In this document: one piece after another, positions 7,204-14,941 of the stretch
Layout: each line of letters starts with the position of its first letter
Position numbering within the stretch: the stretch's first letter is position 1
NCBI GenBank assembly: GCA_000997105.1
Contig: LCEJ01000006.1
Span: forward strand, 1 to 39,972
Direction: 5' to 3'
Length of the DNA stretch: 39,972 nucleotides
Origin: Candidatus Daviesbacteria bacterium GW2011_GWA2_42_7
GTDB lineage: Bacteria > Patescibacteriota > Microgenomatia > Daviesbacterales > UBA10151
The notes under the pieces: generated by a model
What the model was told of the DNA's origin: nothing
Database searches by the model: none
The model's input: only the letters and a program-made list of their open reading frames with translations
Program-made: the position numbers and the translations under genes

Positions 7204-7277
7204 TGGACCCGAGAGGACTTGAACCTCTGACCTCCTCAGTGTAAATGAGGCGCTCTGACCAACTGAGCTACGAGTCC
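7204..7277 (-). tRNA. trnV: tRNA-Val (TAC)
   Basis: Hand-folded 74 nt: GGACTCG-TA-GCTC..GAGC-G-CCTCA-TTTACAC-TGAGG..AGAGG-TTCAAGT-CCTCT-CGGGTCC-A. Confidence 0.9.
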
Positions 7278-7293
7278 AATTTTACCATACCTG

Positions 7294-7376
7294 TGCCGAA
7301 GAGAGGAGTCGAACCTCCACGAGCTTGCGCCCACAACGTTCTGAACGTTGCATGTCTACCATTCCATCACTTCGGC
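7294..7376 (-). tRNA. trnL: tRNA-Leu (CAG)
   Basis: Hand-folded 83 nt with a long variable arm. Anticodon stem-loop is CAACG-TTCAGAA-CGTTG. Confidence 0.9.
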
Positions 7377-7395
7377 ATGTTTGCCCTTAGTCAAG

Positions 7396-7478
7396 TGCCG
7401 GGAAGAGGACTCGAACCTCCACGCCATTGCTGGCACATACACCTCAAGCATGCCTGTCTACCATTTCAGCATCCCGGC
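7396..7478 (-). tRNA. trnL: tRNA-Leu (GAG)
   Basis: Hand-folded 83 nt with a long variable arm. Anticodon stem-loop is CATGC-TTGAGGT-GTATG. Confidence 0.9.
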
Positions 7479-8099
7479 TTTTTGCCTAGATATTATACCT
7501 AATGCATTCATAATTTTCGAGTGTTTTCTTCCTAAACACAAAATATCTGCATTATAATAAAGCTTATTTAAGAGTAGGACAGAGCTTTTTTTAGCATATT
7601 CCAGAGTAAAAACATTAGCTCGAAAACGTATTTTACCTTTAATTCTATAAAGTTGCTCTACCTGATCACTTAGCCACTCTAGATGTTTCTTGCTAGCTGA
7701 AGTAAAGCTGGTATATAACTGAAAACTGCTTTTCCAGCGCGGGTCAAAATAAGAATATGTATAACCATCACCATCTAAACAACCCCTTAAAAAATCAGCA
7801 AAAAATCTACTTGGTATTTTAAGCTCCCCAATAGTTTTAGATTTAGCAGACGTCAGACCAATACTGAGCAAGAATCTGTAGAGTTTTACGTTACTAAACT
7901 GCACAAAGTAATAGCGTTTCTGCGAGTAGCCTGAAGATTTTGATCCTATTTTACTTGTAATCCCAACTGCATGTAAGAAATTTTTGACTTGATCTAGATC
8001 CTTAGAGGTAAAATCTAAATGTCTTCCATCTTTCGACAGACATCCATCGGTAGCAATTAACCCCACAGCATAAGCGAATTCAGCGGTCCACACCACCAC
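7458..8099 (-). CDS. LAGLIDADG family homing endonuclease (double-motif)
   Basis: Two LAGLIDADG-type motifs are present (AYAVGLIATDGCL and FLRGCLDGDGY). The start is GTG. The last 7 codons (AGMLKW*) are the first 21 nt of tRNA-Leu(GAG). Confidence 0.85.
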   Translation of the reverse strand: MVVWTAEFAYAVGLIATDGCLSKDGRHLDFTSKDLDQVKNFLHAVGITSKIGSKSSGYSQKRYYFVQFSNVKLYRFLLSIGLTSAKSKTIGELKIPSRFFADFLRGCLDGDGYTYSYFDPRWKSSFQLYTSFTSASKKHLEWLSDQVEQLYRIKGKIRFRANVFTLEYAKKSSVLLLNKLYYNADILCLGRKHSKIMNALGIISRQKAGMLKW

Positions 8100-8112
8100 C
8101 TCATTATATCAT

Positions 8113-8150
8113 CCCTCAAGTTAATAGCGTCTACCATTAAATTTTCCGGC
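8113..8150 (-). pseudogene. degenerate 5' half of a tRNA-Leu(GAG)-like gene
   Basis: Compare GCCGGAAAATTTAATGGTAGACGCTATTAACTTGAGGG with the intact GCCGGGATGCTGAAATGGTAGACAGGCATGCTTGAGGT. Acceptor strand matches 6/7, AATGGTAGAC 10/10 and CTTGAGG 7/7. Similarity ends after the anticodon loop. Confidence 0.5.
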
Positions 8151-8189
8151 ATGATCTTAACCTACCTATTTTACCAGTATTTGATCCAG

Positions 8190-8218
8190 TTGACAAAAGA
8201 TAAAAATAACCCTAATAT
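8190..8218 (+). promoter_or_regulatory. sigma70-like promoter TTGACA-17 nt-TAATAT
   Basis: Read directly: TTGACAaaagataaaaataacccTAATAT. Confidence 0.5.
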
Positions 8219-8248
8219 TTTTGGCACTACTCTTTGGAAGACGGACCA

Positions 8249-8833
8249 ATGAGAAATATAAATTTTGCCCTAACCTGGTACACCACAACTATTTGCACGC
8301 TTGTATTTTCAATCCTTCTTTTAACTCATCTATCCTTTACCCGTCCGACAATTACACCTATAGGACAAAGCTACCAAAGCTACCGCGCACTGCCTACAAA
8401 CCTCACAACATTAACTACCCAAGAAGTAACTATCGGCAAAACCGATGCCCGTACATTGGTTATCTACCACTTCTTCAAACAAAACAATGCCCCCTTATCC
8501 CAAGCAGCCGAGAAATTTATAGAAGTGGCTGACAAATACAACCTGGATTTTAGGCTTTTACCTGCTATTGCCATGCAGGAGTCAAACGGGGGAAAGATTA
8601 TGCCCAACAACTCCTTTAACCCCTTCGGTTACGGAATCTATGGGGGTAAGGTTTTAAGGTTTACCTCTTTTGAAGAGGCAATCGAACGGGTGGGGCAGGG
8701 GCTTAAAGAAGATTATATAGATAAAGGCTTAAAAACACCTGACCAAATTATGGCAAAATATACCCCTCCTTCAATTGAAAAAGGAGGCCCCTGGGCAATC
8801 GGTGTTTCCTCTTTTATGGAAGAGCTCCACTAG
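8249..8833 (+). CDS. secreted/membrane-anchored protein with SLT-like (lysozyme-fold) E-S motif; paralog of 9047..9634
   Basis: The ATG at 8249 gives MRNINFALTWYTTTICTLVFSILL, an N-terminal TM or signal segment. DFRLLPAIAMQESNGG resembles the catalytic region of soluble lytic transglycosylases. The functional call is tentative. Confidence 0.55.
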   Translation: MRNINFALTWYTTTICTLVFSILLLTHLSFTRPTITPIGQSYQSYRALPTNLTTLTTQEVTIGKTDARTLVIYHFFKQNNAPLSQAAEKFIEVADKYNLDFRLLPAIAMQESNGGKIMPNNSFNPFGYGIYGGKVLRFTSFEEAIERVGQGLKEDYIDKGLKTPDQIMAKYTPPSIEKGGPWAIGVSSFMEELH

Positions 8834-8852
8834 ATTTAAACCCCTAAACTTT

Positions 8853-8873
8853 ACCCTGAGTTTACCGAAGGGT
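8853..8873. repeat. hairpin ACCCT-GAGTTTACCGA-AGGGT (REP-like)
   Basis: A near-identical unit GACCCTGAGTTTATCGAAGGGTC occurs at 31332..31354. Confidence 0.55.
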
Positions 8874-8922
8874 TAATACTACCTTCAACTGGCCCTGAGG
8901 GGCCGCTCAGGCCCTCGAACGG

Positions 8923-9023
8923 GAGCAAGGTCGAAGTATTAATACTGAGCAAGGTCGAAGTATTAATACTGAGCAAGGTCGAAGTATTAATACTGAGCAA
9001 GGTCGAAGTATTAATACTGAGCC
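8923..9023. repeat. perfect 24-bp tandem repeat, 4.2 copies (GAGCAAGGTCGAAGTATTAATACT)
   Basis: Units at 8923, 8947, 8971 and 8995, plus a partial fifth (GAGCC). There are no spacers, so this is not a CRISPR array. Confidence 0.95.
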
Positions 9024-9046
9024 AGGATTTTTTTGTGGTGAAAAAT

Positions 9047-9634
9047 ATGTTAACCAAAAAGCTTATTGCTTTACTTCTAACACCTATTCTCCTAATTAAT
9101 ATGCCTGCCCTGGCAGTAGAAAACGTGGAGCGAGACACTCCTAAAATTGAAAGCCGTCAGATGGATAAAAGGGCCGAAGTTTTACAAGGCTACCTTGCCA
9201 AATACAACTCACCAATGCAATACCAAGCACAGGACTTTATTGATGCTGCCGATGCAAGCGGTATGGACTGGAAACTGCTTCCGGCCATTGCCGGGGTTGA
9301 GTCAACCTTTGGTAAATTTATCCCTGGTGGATACAACGCCTGGGGATGGGGAGTTTATGGAAACCAGGCTATCTACTTTAAATCCTGGAGGGAAGGTATG
9401 TTTACCGTCTCAGCCGGACTCCGTAAAAACTATATCAATCGTGGTTTAACCGACCCTGCTTCTATTAACAGGATGTACTCCACATCTTCAAAATGGAGCA
9501 CTAATGTAACTTTCTTCCTTAATGATATGGAGAAATTCGAGGCCCAATATGAAAGAAAAAGGGGCCAGGCTGCCTCTATGCACTTAATTGCCCAAGCAGC
9601 CGGACAATCCGCCCAGCTTGCCATGAGCCGATAG
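9047..9634 (+). CDS. secreted protein with SLT-like E-S motif; paralog of 8249..8833
   Basis: MLTKKLIALLLTPILLINMPALA looks like a signal peptide. DWKLLPAIAGVESTFGK aligns with the paralog. I prefer the ATG at 9047 over the GTG at 9035. Confidence 0.55.
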   Translation: MLTKKLIALLLTPILLINMPALAVENVERDTPKIESRQMDKRAEVLQGYLAKYNSPMQYQAQDFIDAADASGMDWKLLPAIAGVESTFGKFIPGGYNAWGWGVYGNQAIYFKSWREGMFTVSAGLRKNYINRGLTDPASINRMYSTSSKWSTNVTFFLNDMEKFEAQYERKRGQAASMHLIAQAAGQSAQLAMSR

Positions 9635-9635
9635 T

Positions 9636-9665
9636 TTGACAAACCCATAATTAAAGGAGTATTAT
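9636..9665 (+). promoter_or_regulatory. sigma70-like promoter TTGACA-18 nt-TATTAT
   Basis: Read directly. The -10 box lies 10 nt upstream of the ATG at 9676. Confidence 0.4.
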
Positions 9666-9675
9666 ACCCCCTATA

Positions 9676-10062
9676 ATGGAAATAGAAACTATAAAATTCA
9701 ACCCTGGCGAAAAGTTAATTACCCGCCCGTTAGTTGAGAAAATCAGATACATTTTAAGTGGGGGAAGGTTGACTGTACAAGGTGACAGGAGAAAAACTAC
9801 CTTCAGGTTTGAATTAGGAGAAAGCAGTGTACTCCTATTAGGACAAGAGAATAGATCAGACTCGGGATTACTGAATGCCGATGTATGCATCTCTGCACCC
9901 AACGCAAGTTCAAAGATGACCGGCATCTCAGAAATTGAGCTTGTTGGAACTTTTAGACAGGTAGAGTTTATTCAAGAAACTATGTGCCACAAGCAATCAC
10001 TCATTATCCACAGTAGCGGCGGTTTTACCTCAAGAAGCAAAGTAGAAGCAGAATTACTCTAG
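9676..10062 (+). CDS. hypothetical protein
   Basis: 128-aa ORF. No family recognised. Confidence 0.45.
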   Translation: MEIETIKFNPGEKLITRPLVEKIRYILSGGRLTVQGDRRKTTFRFELGESSVLLLGQENRSDSGLLNADVCISAPNASSKMTGISEIELVGTFRQVEFIQETMCHKQSLIIHSSGGFTSRSKVEAELL

Positions 10063-10079
10063 TATTAAAGCTAGTTTCA

Positions 10080-10109
10080 TCGACAAATAATATCCTAAAC
10101 TGGTAAGAT
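10080..10109 (+). promoter_or_regulatory. promoter TCGACA-18 nt-TAAGAT, 6 nt upstream of the murT ATG
   Basis: Read directly. No SD lies between the -10 box and the ATG. Confidence 0.4.
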
Positions 10110-10115
10110 TCACTC

Positions 10116-11402
10116 ATGGGGTATAAGCTTTTAGCCATCATTTTAGGCAAGGTTATTATTTATCTTACAAAGATCCTTAAAATCGGTGGGGGATCAGCAG
10201 CTCCCGGCTATTATGCACTTAAGTTTTACCCCAATTTAGTGGCTGAACTAACTAAAGATATCCCTAAAACTGTAGTCATCACAGGCACAAATGGTAAAAC
10301 CACCACCTCCCGCATGCTTTACTACTTTGCCAGGGAGCAGGGTTTAAAAGTTATCCGTAACTCCACCGGCTCGAATCTTGAACGCGGTATCGCCTCAACC
10401 CTAATTTCGAACTCACACATGTCAAGTGGGAAGCTAAAAAATGTGGACCTGGCCATTTGGGAACTGGATGAGGCTGCTTTTAACCAACTTGTCCCTGAGA
10501 AAATTAAGCCCGACATCATAATTTTTCTTAATGTTTTCAGGGACCAGCTGGACCGTTACGGCGAGATAGATTCTATTCTAAGAGGCTGGAAAAAGACTCT
10601 GGAAAAGATAGGCAAAGACACAACTGTGCTTATAAACGGAGATGACCAGAACCTGCTCGGGTTAAAAAACAGCATCAAATGCAAGGTGGAAACTTTCGGG
10701 ATAGAGGATTATAAGATAAAAGGGGAAGGGACTGTTAAAAAAATAGGGGAAGAGAAACTCGATTTAGAAGCCAAAAATGTCAATTTACTTGGGCTTTCAG
10801 GCACCAATTTTGATATCCAGGACAGACACGAAACCTGGTCCTTTTCCATACCCTTACCGGGGATTTACCATGTTTATGATTTTTTGGCAGCCTATATCAC
10901 CTCACAGAAACTCGGGATAGGGAGGCAAGCTGTAATTTCTGCTCTTGACCATTACTCCCCGGCCTTTGGCAGGGCAGAGAAACTGGATTTTGGGTATATC
11001 TTATTAATTAAAAATCCGACAGGGGCAACCCAGGTCTTGGAGACTCTAAAAGGGGAATTAAAAGTTGGGGACAGGCTGCTTTTTGCTTTAAATGATAATA
11101 TAGCCGACGGGACGGATGTTTCCTGGATCTGGGACAGTGAGTTTGAAATGCTGTCGGCTGTCAGCAGTCAGCTGTCAGCTATCTGTTCAGGCACCCGTGC
11201 AGAAGATATGGCTTTAAGGCTAAAATATGCAGGCTTGGAGCCTGAACAGATAATAATCCAGAGAGACCTTAAAAAGGCCCTCAAACAGGCTAGAGAGGGC
11301 CTAGGAGGCCGGCTCTTCATCTTGCCCACTTATACAGCACTCCTGAGATTGCAAAAGATTTTAGCCAGGGAAGGAACTAAAGAGCACTATTGGAAGGAGT
11401 AA
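10116..11402 (+). CDS. murT: lipid II isoglutaminyl synthase subunit MurT (Mur ligase family)
   Basis: P-loop VVITGTNGKTTTSRM is present, with Mur-ligase central-domain layout and a DUF1727-like C-terminus (DGTDVSWIWDSEFE..GTRAEDMALRLKYAG). The gene is adjacent to gatD. Confidence 0.85.
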   Translation: MGYKLLAIILGKVIIYLTKILKIGGGSAAPGYYALKFYPNLVAELTKDIPKTVVITGTNGKTTTSRMLYYFAREQGLKVIRNSTGSNLERGIASTLISNSHMSSGKLKNVDLAIWELDEAAFNQLVPEKIKPDIIIFLNVFRDQLDRYGEIDSILRGWKKTLEKIGKDTTVLINGDDQNLLGLKNSIKCKVETFGIEDYKIKGEGTVKKIGEEKLDLEAKNVNLLGLSGTNFDIQDRHETWSFSIPLPGIYHVYDFLAAYITSQKLGIGRQAVISALDHYSPAFGRAEKLDFGYILLIKNPTGATQVLETLKGELKVGDRLLFALNDNIADGTDVSWIWDSEFEMLSAVSSQLSAICSGTRAEDMALRLKYAGLEPEQIIIQRDLKKALKQAREGLGGRLFILPTYTALLRLQKILAREGTKEHYWKE

Positions 11403-11538
11403 AATAAAATATAATTTCTAATTCCTAATTAACCTAATTTACCTAAATAATGACCAAATGTCAGAATGTCTAATTTAGAAACTGGTAATTGGGATTTCTT
11501 TAGAAATTAGAGTACTTAGGAATTAGGTCAATTTAACT
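11403..11538. repeat. CTAATT-word inverted-repeat element; miniature derivative of the four-helix-bundle gene cassette
   Basis: Left arm is ..TTCTAATTCCTAATTAACCTAATTTACCTAAATA. The core ATGACCAAATGTCAGAATGTCTAATTTAGAAACTGG resembles the start of 39535..39891. Right arm is ..TAGAAATTAGAGTACTTAGGAATTAGGTCAATT. It fills the whole murT-gatD spacer. Confidence 0.6.
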
Positions 11539-12324
11539 ATGAAACTAATAATAGGCCATCTTTACCCTGAATTAATGAATATCTATGGTGACATGGGCAA
11601 TATTATTGCTTTACAAAAACGCGCTGAATGGAGAGGGATAGAAGTCGTTATCAAAAAGTTTTCGATCGAAAACAAATTGAAACAAGGGAAAGTTGACCTG
11701 TTTTTCTTTGGCGGAGGACAGGACCAGGCACAGGAATTAGTAGCTGGGGACTTAGTAGCTAGTAGTAAGGGTAAAATTATTAAGAAAGAAGTGGAAAAGG
11801 GGGTACCGTTGCTGGCTATTTGTGGAGGGTACCAGCTTTTAGGGGAATATTACCAACCTCACAATGCGACAAAGCTGACAGGTATCGGCGTTTTTCCGGC
11901 TTACACAGTGGCAGGAGATAATCGTATGATCGGCAACATAGTAGTTCAGAGTTCATGGTTCACGGTTCATGGACAAGAGGAAACGTCTATGAACAATGAA
12001 CTACCAGCGAAGCATACTATGAACTATCTTGTTGGTTTTGAAAACCACTCCGGTAAAACTTTTCTTAAGGAAGGTGCCCAGCCTCTGGGCCAAGTAGTCA
12101 AAGGTTTTGGTAACAACGGGGAAGACCAAACCGAAGGATGTATCTACAAAAACGCTGTCGGGTCTTACATGCATGGCTCGCTTTTGCCTAAAAACCCGGG
12201 ACTTGCCGACTGGCTGCTTACTAAAGCCTTAGAGCTAAAATATGGCAAGGAGATTGCACTGGAGCCTCTGGATAACACCCTGGAAAACCTAGCCCACAAA
12301 GCAGCTGTGCTAAAATACTCTTGA
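11539..12324 (+). CDS. gatD: lipid II isoglutaminyl synthase glutaminase subunit GatD (CobQ-type amidotransferase)
   Basis: MKLIIGHLYPELMNIYGDMGNIIAL.. and ..LAICGGYQLLG.. match the remembered S. aureus GatD. The protein carries an insertion of about 20 aa (see 11943..12025). Confidence 0.85.
   Translation: MKLIIGHLYPELMNIYGDMGNIIALQKRAEWRGIEVVIKKFSIENKLKQGKVDLFFFGGGQDQAQELVAGDLVASSKGKIIKKEVEKGVPLLAICGGYQLLGEYYQPHNATKLTGIGVFPAYTVAGDNRMIGNIVVQSSWFTVHGQEETSMNNELPAKHTMNYLVGFENHSGKTFLKEGAQPLGQVVKGFGNNGEDQTEGCIYKNAVGSYMHGSLLPKNPGLADWLLTKALELKYGKEIALEPLDNTLENLAHKAAVLKYS
11943..12025 (+). repeat. GTTCAT-word palindromic element inserted in frame in gatD
   Basis: AGTTCAGAGTTCATGGTTCACGGTTCATGGACAAGAGGAAACGTCTATGAACAATGAACTACC..ACTATGAACT is homologous to 37288..37365 and 33380..33446. 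It encodes SSWFTVHGQEETSMNNELPAKHTMNY. Confidence 0.7.
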
Positions 12325-12408
12325 GCCGGGATGGTGAAATGGTATACACGCATGGTTTAGGACCATGTGCCGCAAGGCATGGAGGTTCGATTCCTCTTCC
12401 CGGCACCA
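12325..12408 (+). tRNA. trnL: tRNA-Leu (TAG), CCA encoded
   Basis: Hand-folded: GCCGGGA..CATGG-TTTAGGA-CCATG, a long variable arm, GGAGG-TTCGATT-CCTCT-TCCCGGC-A-CCA. Confidence 0.9.
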
Positions 12409-12435
12409 CACCCCAAGATTACCCCGAAGTTTTAG

Positions 12436-12463
12436 TTGACTTTAGATTAGAAAGTGCTAGACT
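12436..12463 (+). promoter_or_regulatory. promoter TTGACT-16 nt-TAGACT
   Basis: Read directly. The -10 box abuts the ATG at 12464, so the in-frame ATG at 12476 may be the real start. Confidence 0.35.
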
Positions 12464-13453
12464 ATGAGGCAAGATATGAGCAGTGTATCAAGCCAAACAT
12501 TAAATACTTCTAATCCTAAAGAAGTTAAAAAACAGCCTGTTCAACAAATCGGCGGCCGGATGGGTGATTTTGATGAGACGGAAAACTACTTTGAAACTTC
12601 AAGGTTTGTAAGTTCAGAAAACTTTGTTATGGAACCTGCCGCAGTAGTTGAAGCTGCAGAAACGATAATAGAAGGTACTGTTACAGTCAAAGCAGCAGAA
12701 GCTATTATTAGGGAAGCAGCAGTTGTAAACGCCGCAGAAAATATAATCCGGGAAGCAGCTGCCAAACCTATCCAGGAAGAAAACACCATCTATGGTGAAT
12801 ACCAAGGGTCTCTAGCTATCGGGGAAAGTATTAAACAATTCCTTGAACAAACTACCGAGCTTAAAGCAGACACTACTGGGCCAAGAGAGATCAATATATC
12901 CCCAAGTGACCAAAAAGAGGCCTTTGTAGGATTATTTTCAGCCGGGGCAGATACTATTAAGGACACAGCAAATAAGGTAATTTCAACTGCAGCCGATACA
13001 TTAACCACCACTGCAGGAGTGACCAAGGATATGGTAGTAAAAGATATTATGGGTTTGGGTAAGAAAGAAAGTCCCAAAACCAGGGAAGAAATAGAGAAAG
13101 CTAATGAAGATGCGGCACAGAGAGCCCATGAACAAAAATTCCAGATCAATTTAACTGTTCCTCACCCGGAGGTAAGTGTATTTGAGCTGGATAATAAGGT
13201 AGTCAGCAAGTCCCAACTTGAAGAAGCATTAGGTGCAAGGGTTACCAGTAGCCACATAGATGAAAAAGGGGGATTAAGGACATATATAAAAACAGAGGCA
13301 GAGAGAGTTCTGGGTGAGAAGGATAAGGAACAGGAAAACGCAGTCCAGAAAGCAAATACCCTGGCCGTGGCTACAAAAGACAAAGGTTTAGGCAGGGGAG
13401 GACTTGATAAGGGCACTGAAAACCCCAACCACTTCACCAAAGCCACCAGCTAA
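12464..13453 (+). CDS. hypothetical protein with internal A/E/I-rich repeats
   Basis: 329-aa ORF with repeats of the form AAE.IIREAA. No family recognised. The start may be at 12476. Confidence 0.5.
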   Translation: MRQDMSSVSSQTLNTSNPKEVKKQPVQQIGGRMGDFDETENYFETSRFVSSENFVMEPAAVVEAAETIIEGTVTVKAAEAIIREAAVVNAAENIIREAAAKPIQEENTIYGEYQGSLAIGESIKQFLEQTTELKADTTGPREINISPSDQKEAFVGLFSAGADTIKDTANKVISTAADTLTTTAGVTKDMVVKDIMGLGKKESPKTREEIEKANEDAAQRAHEQKFQINLTVPHPEVSVFELDNKVVSKSQLEEALGARVTSSHIDEKGGLRTYIKTEAERVLGEKDKEQENAVQKANTLAVATKDKGLGRGGLDKGTENPNHFTKATS

Positions 13454-13463
13454 CCAATCTGTG

Positions 13464-13536
13464 TGGGCGGTACAGGATTCGAACCTGTGACCTTTTCTAC
13501 GTCAAAGAAACGCTCTACCAACTGAGCTAACCGCCC
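13464..13536 (-). tRNA. trnV: tRNA-Val (GAC)
   Basis: Hand-folded 73 nt: GGGCGGT-TA-GCTC..GAGC-G-TTTCT-TTGACGT-AGAAA..ACAGG-TTCGAAT-CCTGT-ACCGCCC-A. Confidence 0.9.
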
Positions 13537-13603
13537 GAACAAAACTATCTAAACCGCCCTTTCAACCGTAAATGTTACCATTACTTGACTCAATCCTCAA
13601 GCT

Positions 13604-13870
13604 ATGGGTACAATCAAAGGAGTGTTACCCCAAACTGACCAGATCAGGCAGCACTTATCTGCCAATTTAGGCCGGGAAAGAAGAGAGATCATGCTTGCCA
13701 ACTTCCTGGGAGGGCTTGCCTGGGGGTTTGGAACAGTTATAGGTGCCACCGTAGTTGTTGCCTTACTCCTTTGGATCATGCAAGTTGTTAATATCGTCCC
13801 TTTTGTCGGTGATTTTGTAAGCGGGATTGTCGAGGTAGTAAATAAAGGCCAGCCGGCACGCTTACGCTGA
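13604..13870 (+). CDS. small membrane protein (DUF5665-like)
   Basis: NFLGGLAWGFGTVIGATVVVALLLWIM resembles the remembered NF.(A/G)G..RG.G..IG pattern. The start is uncertain because a TTGACT-18-TACAAT promoter-like site overlaps 13604; an alternative start is ATG 13691. Confidence 0.45.
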   Translation: MGTIKGVLPQTDQIRQHLSANLGRERREIMLANFLGGLAWGFGTVIGATVVVALLLWIMQVVNIVPFVGDFVSGIVEVVNKGQPARLR

Positions 13871-14892
13871 TGCCAAAAAACCCCAAAGTCTCGTTAGTTA
13901 AAAGCCCGGATTCATATAGTGGAGTTACCACTGCCTTAAAGTTAATTGAAAAAGAGGTGAAACTTGCCCTCAAGGGTAAAAAAAGGGTTCTTATCAAGCC
14001 GAATATGGTCTCCGTCCGCCACCCGCTCGCCTCAACACCCGTGGAAGCCGTCAGGGCAGTATTAGACTTCCTCTTACCTTTTGTAAAAAGCGAAATTATA
14101 ATAGCCGAGGGCAGTGCCGAAAATACCGAAAAAGCCTTCAAAAGACTTGGGTTTTATAACCTAAAAAGGGGCTACAAAATAAAGTTTGTTGACTTAAATA
14201 AGGACAAGGTCGGCAAAGAGGTAAAAATTATGGATGCCGCAGGCTATCCGGTTAAGGTTGATATTGCCAAAACTATAATAAACGCAGATTTTATTATCTC
14301 CATAACCCGCCCGAAGACACATAATACAGGGGTCGTTACCCTTTCCCTAAAAAATCTCCTGGTTGGCTCTATTTTTGAAAGGTGGAAAATCCACCAAGGG
14401 ATGAGGTTTCATTCTAACCTTCTTTCTATCTCCAAGGCTATAAAACCACACCTTTCCGTAATTGACGGGACAGTTTCCATGGAGGGGGAAGGACCAGCCT
14501 TCGGCACCCCTAAAAAGACAAACTTTGCTGTAGCTGGCCTAGATCCATTGGCGGTAGATAGCCTAGTGACAAGTTTAATGGGGTTTAACCTAAAAGATGT
14601 GGGGTACTTAAAACTTATGGATGATAACAGGATTGGGCAGGGGGATTTGTCCAAAATAGTAGTCCTGGGAGAAAAACCCGGGAAGTTCCAATATCGTTTT
14701 AAGCCTCATCCCACCCATAAACGTCAAATTCTCTGGCAGAACTTAAACCTACCCCCAAAAACCCTTATTTCCAAAATAATCGGCTTGACCCTAGGCAAAG
14801 TTAAAAAAATGATTCCTGGAAGGCTTATTATCGAGATGCAGGAGATCGGGCCTTTAAGACAATTCGTCACCCGCATCCAAAACGGTTTTTAA
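13870..14892 (+). CDS. DUF362 domain protein
   Basis: VLIKPNMV near the N-terminus and ..IDGTVSMEGEGP.. are typical of DUF362 as I remember it. The start overlaps the upstream stop (TGATG). Confidence 0.6.
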   Translation: MPKNPKVSLVKSPDSYSGVTTALKLIEKEVKLALKGKKRVLIKPNMVSVRHPLASTPVEAVRAVLDFLLPFVKSEIIIAEGSAENTEKAFKRLGFYNLKRGYKIKFVDLNKDKVGKEVKIMDAAGYPVKVDIAKTIINADFIISITRPKTHNTGVVTLSLKNLLVGSIFERWKIHQGMRFHSNLLSISKAIKPHLSVIDGTVSMEGEGPAFGTPKKTNFAVAGLDPLAVDSLVTSLMGFNLKDVGYLKLMDDNRIGQGDLSKIVVLGEKPGKFQYRFKPHPTHKRQILWQNLNLPPKTLISKIIGLTLGKVKKMIPGRLIIEMQEIGPLRQFVTRIQNGF

Positions 14893-14941
14893 ACCGCATT
14901 TTGACTTTTGACCCCCTCAAGGTTAATATCAGCCAAGATAT

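Noticed and set aside
7245-7557. Plus-strand ORFs 7245..7502 and 7348..7557 (85 and 69 aa)
   Set aside because: They run antisense across four well-folded tRNA genes and are shadow ORFs. The same applies to 12221..12409 (-) over tRNA-Leu(TAG) and 6876..7067 (-) over the tRNA-Phe duplicate and hairpins.
7458-8150. Group I (or archaeal BHB) intron in tRNA-Leu carrying the LAGLIDADG ORF
   Set aside because: Almost the entire interval is ORF, leaving no room for a group I catalytic core. The downstream tRNA is complete with its own 5' half, and the upstream 5' half has an acceptor mismatch. I keep only the duplication-scar interpretation.
8923-9023. Possible CRISPR array
   Set aside because: The 24-bp units are directly adjacent with no spacers, and no cas genes are nearby. 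It is a plain tandem repeat.
8851-9138. 95-aa minus-strand ORF with the repeated peptide STLLSINT
   Set aside because: It is simply the 24-bp tandem repeat read in frame. It overlaps the start of 9047..9634 and has no start signals, so it is not a gene.
11148-11185. CTGTCAGC-word stretch in murT as another in-frame element insertion
   Set aside because: The encoded segment (LSAVSSQLSAICS) has the same length as the corresponding segment of the remembered S. aureus MurT. There is no evidence of an insertion, so it may just be local low complexity.
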